Under the pieces are notes generated by a model that was not told the DNA's origin, did no database searches, and worked only from the letters and a program-made list of their open reading frames with translations. A stretch of 61,594 bases of DNA, filler included, from Stramenopiles sp. TOSAG23-3 (Eukaryota): NCBI GenBank assembly GCA_900128585.1. It is 14 parts of 14 records of this genome, joined end to end, with 100 filler letters (N's around TTAATTAATTAA, not from the genome) between each part and the next. Parts side by side here need not be neighbours in the genome. Positions count along the whole stretch, not along the records: positions 52,903 to 57,198 come from LT643881.1; positions 57,299 to 61,594 come from LT643882.1; 12 more parts are not named here. One strand, 5' to 3'. How positions within the stretch are numbered: the first letter of the stretch is position 1; the number at the start of each line of letters is the position of its first letter. This document shows positions 53,240-61,594 of the stretch, piece by piece. The translations under genes and the position numbers were made by a program.

Positions 53240-56200
53240 TTACTTCTTGTTGGATTTTTGCCTTTGGAGTGCAACGCCAGCGCTGCCACCTTCGCTTTGA
53301 ATGGCCAAGAGCATGCCTTTGATCTGCTCGCTTTTTCGTTTGACGTCATCGATGAACTTTTGAAACACGTCGTTGCCCTGCATGCCAGGGACTTTGCTCA
53401 TTGCGACCACGCAGCGCAAGGCCGATCGAATTACATCGTTCCCTCGCTCGGCGCTCGTTCCGACTTCCCCGCTCTTCACCTTCCTTTTCAAAATTACTTT
53501 CTCCAGCGGTGCCTTGAAAAACTCTGCAAAATGTTTGACCACGACGTTTGGCGCGGTTGTGCACATCTTCACCAGAATCTGGTGGCACAGCATTTTGATG
53601 TCGTGGACCTTGGTGGTCGATTTTCCCCCGTCCGCAAGCCCCTTTTGCAAATAACTCAGGAACTGCCCCAGCTCGACGTAGGCAATCATACTATCTAAAA
53701 TACTCTCCATGCACGTGAACGCGGCTTTGCGGATCGGAAACCCGTCGTCAACCTTCTGCCTAAACGGTCCCAAATCTATCTCACGCACCAGCGAGTCATC
53801 GGGCAACATCTGCGCGTACAGCTTCGGGACCAACTCGTCTAGCACCGGGCGAACGATGTCGCCATGGTGATGCACGATGGAGTTCAAGGACAACAGGGTG
53901 GCCTTTCGAACTTCATGGGAATCGTCTTCCAGCAGGTTCAAAAAATGGTGAATGTTTTCGGCCAACATAGCTTTCACTAACGCGGTGTTTTTGGTGGAGC
54001 AAAAGCGTATCGCGGACGTTGCCGTCCAGCGCGTGTTTTGGTTCTTGCTCGAAGTCAAGCCTGCCAGGGTCTGAAAGACTCTCTGGGCAATGCCCTCGTC
54101 CGCGGCGCACAACGTCCCCAAACATTCCGCCGCAATGCTCCGCACGTTCTCCTCACTACTTTCTGAATTCTCAACCAGCGCGTCCAATACCTGGTCCAGG
54201 AACGACGCAATGCCCTTCCTCTCTCGCATAACGGCTTCTTTCAGGGTAATCAGAAACTGGTAGTGCCTCGACTTGTCCCCCTTCAGCCCGTCCAAGATCG
54301 CCGGCAGGTACGCCGACATGTTGCCGACGGCAACGCTCCCCAAGGCGTACGCGGAGGCCGACCGAATTTGCTCAATGTTGTGCTGCAAGAGGCCCACGAT
54401 TACCCCGTACAAGTCTTTGTGGGGGCTCAGGTCCGTCTGGTGCCCAATTTCTCCGATGCAAAACAGGGCAACCTGCAGCGACACCTTGTTGTGCTGCTCG
54501 GCGTTCGCCACGTCGTTGACAAAGCGCTCCACGGTCCCCGCACGCTTTTCCTCGCTAGTGTTCATTGCAAGCACCGAAACGCACTGTGCGATCGACAAAA
54601 TCGCCGACCGGGGGTAGTCCTCGCACTTCACCAATGGCTCGAGGAGAAGAGCGCACAGCTCATCGTAGCTCGACCCCTCTTGCTCCAAGCTGACCAGGGT
54701 TGCCAAAAAACCTTGCAAGGAACGCAACGCCAACCCTTGCAGCACGGTGCTGGAGGCGAGGTCCATGGCACGCCCCAGGACGTACTTCTGAACGAGCGGG
54801 CAAGAGGACCCGTTGGAGGACAAAATGTTGGTCGCCACGCGGAGGGCCAAATGGCTCAGGTGAAGGTCGACGTCGGTGATCAAAACAGAGCTTTCCTTTA
54901 GGATTGTGCTGGACACGTTGTCCTGCATCATCTTCCCTTTGGACAAGACCAGCGCGTCCAGGGCCATCAGTGAGGACTGCTTCAGCGCGCGGAGCTGCTG
55001 GCGCAAAAACCCAGACAGCTCGATGCAAATGGGCTCGAGCGTGCCACAGAGGTCGACGTCCAGCGGGGTCGTGGCAATCTGCGTCAGCGTTTTCAAGGCT
55101 GCCATCCTGGTCACTTCATTCTGCAACCGCTCCAGCAGCAGCTGAAAGGTGTCGTTCGCCTTCAGCTGCTCCGCGCACGCGTCGCCCACGTGGGCAATGA
55201 CACTTCCCAAGGCCAAGATGGAGCACTCCTTTATTTCTTGGTCGATGTCGCTCTTGGAAAAGCGTGGGAAAATAGAATCGAACAGGATTGGGCCAAATCG
55301 CCCGCAGTCGCCACTGGGGATGCTGTCGTCGAAGCGGCTCCGGTCTTCGCGCATCGGGCGCAGGCATTGAGCGAAGACGGAGAGCACGCGCAGCGCCTCG
55401 GCGATGATCTTGTACCACTCCTCGTCCACGCACGGGGTCACCACGCCGATGAGCTCGCCCATGTGGTTGTTGATCGTCGAAGGGTTCACGAACCAGGCGC
55501 TGACGCGGAGGAAGATCAACGCCTGCAGCTTCAGTGTCCCGTCGCGCGATTTCAACGCGGCGGTGACGTGGGGAACCAGCATCCCAAATGCGCCCTCGAG
55601 CTTGTTCTCGGCCGCAAACGCCAGCTGCTGGAGCATCGTGAACACCGCAATCTTCACTTTCGCGCTGGTCTTCTTGGCCGTCAAGAGCTTCGACGTCCCT
55701 TTCAGCACACGGTCCAGGATAGCCTCCACCTTGCCACGGACCTGCTCGTCGGCACCCCCTGGGTGCGCCGAGATCCCGGCCGCCAGCCCGGAGGTTTGCG
55801 AGGGTTTGAACTGGATGGATCCTTTCAGCATCTCCTCCACGCATCCGAGGACGTCGAGCTTGACGCTGTCCTCCCGCTCCTTGAAGCGCTCCACGAGCGG
55901 GATGCTGCAGCGGTCGTAAAAGTCGCCCAGGCCGCCCTGGTTCGACACGACGAAGGCCCGCAGCACCTTGATGCTCGCCCGTCGGACTTTCCAGCTCGTG
56001 TCGTCGTCGTCGCTGTACTCCCCGTCGGAGTAGTCGTCGTCGCTGTACTCCTCATCCTCCTCGTCGCTGTCGCTGTAGTTGTAGTTCGGGTCGTGGGTCA
56101 TGAACCGAAGGCAGGCCTCGATCAGCTCGTCCTGGAATGCTTCCGTCTCCTTCGGGCACCGCATCGCGAACGACTCGAAGGCATGGAGGATGTTCTCTCG

Positions 56201-57031
56201 CAGGTCGTCGAGCTCCTCGTTCTGCTCATCCTCGTCCCCAGACCCGGGGCCTTCCAGGTGGCTCAAAAAGAGAGGGATGATGCTCGGCAAATGGATGCCA
56301 AGGCGAAAGCCGACAGAGCGACTGATCATCCCGATGGTCTGGATAAGGACACGGACGTCCTGGTCCCCCCGCGGCTTCTCGATGCACTTGAGCAGGGTGC
56401 CCATCAGCCTGTGAAGCATCGTGTCGGACAAGACGACGGAGAGCGCGCCGATGCAAGACGTGGCGCGCTTTGAGATCGCGGCCTTCCGGTTCGACAGCTG
56501 CTCCATGACCAGGCCGATGATGGTCTCGTGGTGGCCCTCCATTTCCAGCCCGAAACGCTCGACCAAGTCCTTCATGACGTCCAGGCACTCCTCCCGCACC
56601 GTCTCGGACTCCGAGTTGTCGCTCTGGATGCCCCGAATCAGCTGCGGGGCGAGTTCGTGGGCGACGGCGTGGCCCATGTGGGCCGGGACGCCGGACACGG
56701 TGGTCTTCAGCCCGATCGAGTAGATGTCCTTCAGCTGCTCGTTCTCGCCGAGGAGAGCGCTGGAGAGGGCCGAGCAGATCTCCCGAAGCTGGGCCTCCTG
56801 CACGCGGTTCGTCAGCTCGCCGATGCATTTGATTGCCACCGCTTGGACGTCGGCGCTCGAGTCGTTCAGCTGGCGGAGGATGGCCGCGCACACTCTTTGC
56901 TCGATGAAGCTTTCCATTTTGGACTCTTTCTTCAGCAGCCCGATAATATCGGACGTCGCCATGTACCGTTCATCTTTGTCGAAGTGGGAGGTTTTCTCCA
57001 CCAACTTGAGAACGTTGGCGCCCGGGTCCAT
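53240..57031 (-). CDS. CAND1: Cullin-associated NEDD8-dissociated protein 1 (TIP120)
   Basis: DKDERYMATSD, SDDDDTSWKVRRA, RFKERE, DIDQEIKE, LVREIDLGPF..KVDDG..RKAAF. Intronless over about 3.8 kb. ATG at 57031. Confidence 0.97.
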   Translation of the reverse strand: MDPGANVLKLVEKTSHFDKDERYMATSDIIGLLKKESKMESFIEQRVCAAILRQLNDSSADVQAVAIKCIGELTNRVQEAQLREICSALSSALLGENEQLKDIYSIGLKTTVSGVPAHMGHAVAHELAPQLIRGIQSDNSESETVREECLDVMKDLVERFGLEMEGHHETIIGLVMEQLSNRKAAISKRATSCIGALSVVLSDTMLHRLMGTLLKCIEKPRGDQDVRVLIQTIGMISRSVGFRLGIHLPSIIPLFLSHLEGPGSGDEDEQNEELDDLRENILHAFESFAMRCPKETEAFQDELIEACLRFMTHDPNYNYSDSDEEDEEYSDDDYSDGEYSDDDDTSWKVRRASIKVLRAFVVSNQGGLGDFYDRCSIPLVERFKEREDSVKLDVLGCVEEMLKGSIQFKPSQTSGLAAGISAHPGGADEQVRGKVEAILDRVLKGTSKLLTAKKTSAKVKIAVFTMLQQLAFAAENKLEGAFGMLVPHVTAALKSRDGTLKLQALIFLRVSAWFVNPSTINNHMGELIGVVTPCVDEEWYKIIAEALRVLSVFAQCLRPMREDRSRFDDSIPSGDCGRFGPILFDSIFPRFSKSDIDQEIKECSILALGSVIAHVGDACAEQLKANDTFQLLLERLQNEVTRMAALKTLTQIATTPLDVDLCGTLEPICIELSGFLRQQLRALKQSSLMALDALVLSKGKMMQDNVSSTILKESSVLITDVDLHLSHLALRVATNILSSNGSSCPLVQKYVLGRAMDLASSTVLQGLALRSLQGFLATLVSLEQEGSSYDELCALLLEPLVKCEDYPRSAILSIAQCVSVLAMNTSEEKRAGTVERFVNDVANAEQHNKVSLQVALFCIGEIGHQTDLSPHKDLYGVIVGLLQHNIEQIRSASAYALGSVAVGNMSAYLPAILDGLKGDKSRHYQFLITLKEAVMRERKGIASFLDQVLDALVENSESSEENVRSIAAECLGTLCAADEGIAQRVFQTLAGLTSSKNQNTRWTATSAIRFCSTKNTALVKAMLAENIHHFLNLLEDDSHEVRKATLLSLNSIVHHHGDIVRPVLDELVPKLYAQMLPDDSLVREIDLGPFRQKVDDGFPIRKAAFTCMESILDSMIAYVELGQFLSYLQKGLADGGKSTTKVHDIKMLCHQILVKMCTTAPNVVVKHFAEFFKAPLEKVILKRKVKSGEVGTSAERGNDVIRSALRCVVAMSKVPGMQGNDVFQKFIDDVKRKSEQIKGMLLAIQSEGGSAGVALQRQKSNKK

Positions 57032-57298
57032 ATCTTTCTTTGCCGTTGTGTCTTCAAAACGAATTATTAATGAGAAACCAATGAACAATATACTAGTTTG
57101 TTCTGTGTTCTTTTTTCTTTCTTTTTTTTAGGGCTCGTGCGTTATAAAGAGAGAAAAAGGAGAGTGAGGGAGGGAGGAGGGGGGGGGGGGGGGCAACTNN
57201 NNNNNNNNNNNNNNNNNNNNNNNNNNNNNNNNNNNNNNNNNNTTAATTAATTAANNNNNNNNNNNNNNNNNNNNNNNNNNNNNNNNNNNNNNNNNNNN

Positions 57299-57861
57299 TG
57301 AAAAACAAAATCCTGAAAGGGGAGCCAACGTGGAAACGTCGCCAGCGCACGATCGCACTTGAAAACAAACACAACAAAGCACGGTTGCGGAAGAATGGGC
57401 GAGCGTACTACAACGTCAAAAAGTGGGAAAGCGACGTGCAACGTATGAAAGACTCCATCATCAAAGGGGTGCCACAATGGAAAATTCAGGCCAACGCGAT
57501 AAGCAGAGAAAACAGGATGTTTCACGAAAGGTTGAAAAAGACCAGGCCGCAGATTGGCAGCCGTAAGGAATGGAAAGAGAACCGTGCGCGAGTTGAAAAA
57601 CAAATTATATGGACCTGTTCCTTGAAAGCCGGACGTCTGGGCCGGAACGTCGCCCCTTTATTATTAGAACATTCCCCTCGGTCTCCGCGGTCCAAGTCCC
57701 CGAGACGACCGCAATCTGCCAGGGCAAAGTCCAGCATGCGGGCGACGGACTCGTTCCGAACACGTCGGATCAAAGAGATGGGTGGAAAGTCCCCTAGACG
57801 ACCGTCCACCAGTGAAGGGAAACCAAAGAGAAAAAGTTTCATGCTTCTCGGTTATGTGTAG
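57299..57861 (+). CDS. CFAP97/Hemingway-like ciliary protein, 5' partial
   Basis: The frame is open from the contig edge. Two tandem units: IALENKHNKARL....YYNVKKWESD and ISRENRMFHERLKKTRP...KEWKEN. Basic SPR-rich tail. Confidence 0.6.
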
Positions 57862-57880
57862 ATATTTACAAGTTTTAAAT

Positions 57881-57920
57881 TTTAAAACTCTACTTAAATT
57901 AACAGCCAATTTTTCTTGAT
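57881..57920 (-). repeat. Dispersed conserved intergenic element, copy 5 (inverted)
   Basis: Minus strand reads ATCAAGAAAAATTGGCTGTTAATTTAAGTAGAGTTTTAAA. Confidence 0.75.
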
Positions 57921-58063
57921 TTAATTTTATCTTCTTCACAGAAGAAGTATGAAAAAACAAATTCACAATTTGTATGTTTTCATACAGTCAAAAAAGAAAA
58001 GAAAAAGGAAGGTAAAACCGTTCAAGAACACAAACTCCTCCTTGTTCCAGTATAAGACTTCTG

Positions 58064-58353
58064 GTATTCATCAATCAAACTATCATAGAATTTTTGAGAC
58101 AGCGCGGCTATAATTGTTTTGTAGATGCCTGGCTCTATCCCAAAACGTGTTATGATGATCATAATGATGAGTTTCTTTCAAGTCGTATACATAAACCTGC
58201 GTAAATGTATTTTCTAAAGATCCAAGTCGCGCATTCGTATTCATCATTCGAACTATCATAAAATTATTTGAGACAGTGACTATTGTTTTTTTATATGCCT
58301 GGCTCTATCCCAAAACGTATTATGATGATCATAATGATGAATCTCCTTCAAGT
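58064..58353. repeat. Imperfect direct repeat, two ~120-bp units (58064-58183 and 58237-58353)
   Basis: Shared core ATGCCTGGCTCTATCCCAAAACGT(G/A)TTATGATGATCATAATGATGA and colinear flanks. Confidence 0.9.
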
Positions 58354-58734
58354 AAGTATGATTATGATACCACGAAAAGTGAAGATCGAACTCTTTACCG
58401 GATCATTCTGGACAAATTAATGATAGAACAGCACAACAGAAAACGGTCACCCTTTTATTTTACATTTATGCTGGCTAGTTTACAGTTTACCAAAAAAAAT
58501 AAATTATATAAGTATGTTTTAAGACTCTCATTTTAAATGTTTACAGTTTACAAAAAAAAAACAAATTATATAGTATGTTTACATATTGCCAATTGGAATT
58601 TTGTTTTTAGTTTAGCTTTAATTATATTTTAAAAGAGAGGTAACTTGCCCCCCCACCCCCCCAACAAAAGACTGAAAAGCAAATTTAATCTCCCTGCATT
58701 CGCGTGTCTCCTCTTTTCCTTCTGCCGAGTACTT

Positions 58735-60030
58735 TTAAAAAAAACTGGTTTCTTCCGCTTCCCGGTTCATCATCATTTTCAAGACTTCCCGCTGAGAAAC
58801 GACGACCTCCGGCATAGCTTCGCCGTTTTCTATCCGTTTTCGTTCCTCTCGATCCGCAAGATGGGTGAAACCAAAGAGGCAATGGTATATCTTTTTGTGC
58901 ATGATACTGCGATCAATGTATGTTCGCATTTCTGTATCCGACTGGTACGATCCACGCATCACCCAGAGCATAAAATCCATTTCGTTCAAGTGCACGTTTT
59001 CATGATTCGCATTTATAGTCGTAGCCCGCTTCTTGCTCTCGCTTCGTCCACTGGCCGACTTGATAACGCCGAGGAGCAAGCAGCTCTCATCAATAGTGAA
59101 CTCGTAAATCGAGTCAGGGGCAAAATATGTCAGTACCGTCTGCAATTCGTCGTACCCCATCTTACCCTGCAGGGAACTATATATTTTAAAGGTCCTGTGC
59201 AAAAATACGACACGGCTCTCGTAATTTCGCAACACTATCTTTGTAAACACTCGAAACTTTCTGCATTGCTTTAATTCTTCTAATGGCAGTTCTTGCGGCC
59301 TGGTGCCGCTGGAGTGCTGTCTATATTTATCTATATGAACTAAAACCATCATGGTGCGAACAAATTGTTCTCCGTTTATTTTGATGGACTCTGTCTCCGA
59401 TACTTCTTTCGTCAAATCTGTCCCTACTGGATTGCACATAATATGAACCATGCGCTTTGTTTCTGACCTACTCGGAGGCGATCTATTCCGCGTCGCACAC
59501 ACGTTGGCAACCACCATTCGCAATCGCTCTGCATCCATACATTTTGATCCATTTCGTAGCCCATCTTTAAATATTTTCATGAACGAAAGGCTGAGAATTT
59601 CTTCCGTAGGTATTTTCTTCCTTATCCCTGGCAAACTCTTCCTCTTTTTCAGCGATTTTCTAGATTTTCTATTCTTGGACGCTGACTTTGTCGGCTTTGT
59701 TTTGGTGATACTTTTCCGTTTCGAAAGTTTAGGAACGACCACATGGGGCTTTTTTACCATAGGCGCTTTCGACGCACCGTTGTGCAAATCCTTTACCTTT
59801 CGTAGATTCACCAACAACGAATTGGGTTTCCCGTGCTGCTCACCCCCTGACGACCCAGGATCCTGGGGATTTAAATCACGAATAACCGGTTTTGGCGAAT
59901 TGCCATTTTCTAAATCATTTAAAAGATCATCCCCACTGCTCCCATTGCCACCCGGTACGATCTGACTCCCAGGGGCATTCTTCTTAGGGTGCCGTTTACA
60001 CCCCGTTAGCTTTCCAATAGTCCCTCCCAT
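58735..60030 (-). CDS. Hypothetical protein, possible N-myristoylation, basic disordered N-half, degenerate EF-hand-like C-half
   Basis: Starts MGGTIG. Helix-loop-helix patterns TFKIYSSLQGKMGYDELQTVL and HLNEMDFMLWV. Confidence 0.6.
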   Translation of the reverse strand: MGGTIGKLTGCKRHPKKNAPGSQIVPGGNGSSGDDLLNDLENGNSPKPVIRDLNPQDPGSSGGEQHGKPNSLLVNLRKVKDLHNGASKAPMVKKPHVVVPKLSKRKSITKTKPTKSASKNRKSRKSLKKRKSLPGIRKKIPTEEILSLSFMKIFKDGLRNGSKCMDAERLRMVVANVCATRNRSPPSRSETKRMVHIMCNPVGTDLTKEVSETESIKINGEQFVRTMMVLVHIDKYRQHSSGTRPQELPLEELKQCRKFRVFTKIVLRNYESRVVFLHRTFKIYSSLQGKMGYDELQTVLTYFAPDSIYEFTIDESCLLLGVIKSASGRSESKKRATTINANHENVHLNEMDFMLWVMRGSYQSDTEMRTYIDRSIMHKKIYHCLFGFTHLADREERKRIENGEAMPEVVVSQREVLKMMMNREAEETSFF

Positions 60031-60548
60031 TTGGTCGCCGCCCTTCCTTCTATTTATTACACCAAGGGAAGTTATCTCACAGCGACCGGGTGTGCTTGTG
60101 GGGTCCTTTCCTCAAGGGATGCACCGGACACAGGGTAACACAGTAGACAACTGATAAATGTGTTTAAACACAACGCCAATGTTACCTCTGGCTAATTTAT
60201 TACGTTCGTTTTGTCATGCAGTCATTCATCCATTTTGATTCTTTTAACCATTGATCCATGTTTCAAACAATACCATCCCCCACTTTCTTTTTTTGTTTGA
60301 AGAAGAAGAGAGAGGAAAATAATAATAATAAAATTTAACCGTGAAGAGTTTAAATAATCGAATTCGTACTTGTATTTAACATTATAATACATGTGTTAAT
60401 CCTATAAATATGTGTAAAGAAAAATATGAAACCAACTTTGCTGGATTCTAACAATATTACGTTAAGGTAGAAGGTTGGTTCCTTCATGTCTTTTATTTGC
60501 ATAATAAATATTATTACCTTATCAAGTATATCATGTCATAGGCTTCCC

Positions 60549-61594
60549 TCAAACCCAATGCCGTTTACCTAACCGTTTAAAACTTGATTCGCTGTGCTTG
60601 TGTGCACTCCGGTAAACTTCATCTTGCAACGCTCTCATTTTCGTCCCCACTCTAGATAGTCGCATTTGTCGAGACGACCGTTTCGGCGTTCTGAACGTAC
60701 CATGAAGTTCCGAGGCGGTCAACCGCCCTTTTCGAGAAGATGGAGAGAACACACTTGGGGATTCATAGGGACGGGATTTTTTAGGGGTAAGGCTGAGAAG
60801 TGTATCATCGAATCTCGATCGAACCACTCGGTTTGGGGTGGACACTTCGTCCCATTTGCCATCGTATTTGAAGTCGTTCTCTGTCGACATTTTGTTTCGG
60901 TCTACTAAAGTATCCCATCGCTGCCACGATTTAAATGGCTCGTCGCACTTCTCCAGTGCGCGTTTTAATGCATGTAGTTCATTTAGCTTCAACTCCGACA
61001 GTCTTTTGTGCTTTGGTAAATTTCCAGGAATTCGTAACTGCAGCTTTTGCATCATCAACTGAACTTGGTTCCGGAGGATCCCAACTTCACTTTCGTAAGT
61101 CTCTTCTCGGATGCAATGTGAGACAACTTGCTGCCACCGGCTAAACGCTAAGATTTTCTCGTACTTCCTGATCGCAAGCATACGTTTCCTTTCCGACCGC
61201 CATATACCACACTCAAACCTCCACTTACGAAAGGCACGTATGGTAAAATGGCTTCGGACACTACGAAAAAGCCGGGTCAACGTTAATTTGTTATTTTTCA
61301 TGTTGTGACTCCATGTTTTCACCAAGACGAACGCTCTTCTGACGTGTTTGTGCCGCCAATTCGACACAAGGTGTCTTAATGTTCGCCTACGTGATACCTT
61401 AAAATAAACATTTTCTGACCATGAATAAAACATTGTCCTAAGCGAGGAGAAACTTCGAAGCAGAGAGGAACGTTTGATAAATTGGGCAAGCCTTTCATTT
61501 GTCTTCGTGCTGTACACCCATGACTGGAAGGCACTCGACAATTTCCGATTGCATAATCGGGACATTGTCTTTTTTACCAACCGACGCTGGTATA
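60549..61594 (-). CDS. Sfi1-repeat-like (centrin-binding type) protein, 5' partial
   Basis: Recurring (A/M)FxxW helical units: SAFQSW, TMFYSW, RAFRKW, LAFSRW. Basic tail. Confidence 0.6.
   Translation of the reverse strand, partial: YQRRLVKKTMSRLCNRKLSSAFQSWVYSTKTNERLAQFIKRSSLLRSFSSLRTMFYSWSENVYFKVSRRRTLRHLVSNWRHKHVRRAFVLVKTWSHNMKNNKLTLTRLFRSVRSHFTIRAFRKWRFECGIWRSERKRMLAIRKYEKILAFSRWQQVVSHCIREETYESEVGILRNQVQLMMQKLQLRIPGNLPKHKRLSELKLNELHALKRALEKCDEPFKSWQRWDTLVDRNKMSTENDFKYDGKWDEVSTPNRVVRSRFDDTLLSLTPKKSRPYESPSVFSPSSRKGRLTASELHGTFRTPKRSSRQMRLSRVGTKMRALQDEVYRSAHKHSESSFKRLGKRHWV

Noticed and set aside
55116-57070. Long antisense and alternate-frame ORFs over CAND1, and similar ones over NUF2, the RCC1 gene and ECM29
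   Set aside because: Expected shadows of high-GC3 coding sequence, with no recognisable protein motifs.
4327-57298. Regularly spaced TTAATTAATTAA palindromes about every 4.4 kb
   Set aside because: Assembly linker embedded in N runs between size-sorted contigs; not biological.
1-61594. CRISPR arrays, tRNA/rRNA genes, transposases, viral hallmark genes, alternative genetic code
   Set aside because: None recognised by eye. Conserved genes translate intact with the standard code.

Overview
This window is eukaryotic nuclear DNA, not prokaryotic. It consists of 14 unrelated contigs of about 4.3 kb, sorted by decreasing length (4326 to 4296 bp) and joined by an artificial 100-bp linker (N44-TTAATTAATTAA-N44), so gene order across linkers means nothing. 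Genes are compact, GC-richer and essentially intronless. They are separated by very AT-rich, microsatellite-rich spacers. Gene content (CFAP97-like, Sfi1-like, dynein-MTBD-like, NUF2, CENP-X, LUC7, ALG12, CAND1, ECM29, PGK, a GRIP golgin) fits a flagellated protist; a stramenopile is my inference. The most notable observations are: (1) a conserved ~35-bp non-coding element, AACAAGAAAA(A)TTGGCTGTTA...AGTAATTAAA, recurring on four unrelated contigs, always between convergent genes and with shared flanking modules; (2) several unusual domain fusions: TTLL12-N + seven-beta-strand methyltransferase, UEV + PP2C + 2xWW, dynein MTBD + degenerate cyclase domains, PH + cyclin-Y, and acylated SAP-RCC1-ANK-testin-like finger; (3) a PHTF/7TM-ion-channel-like membrane protein, a divergent MORC-type ATPase, a LUC7 with a dismantled second zinc finger, and a possible 37-nt hairpin intron. 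All domain calls were made by eye from motifs; no searches were run.
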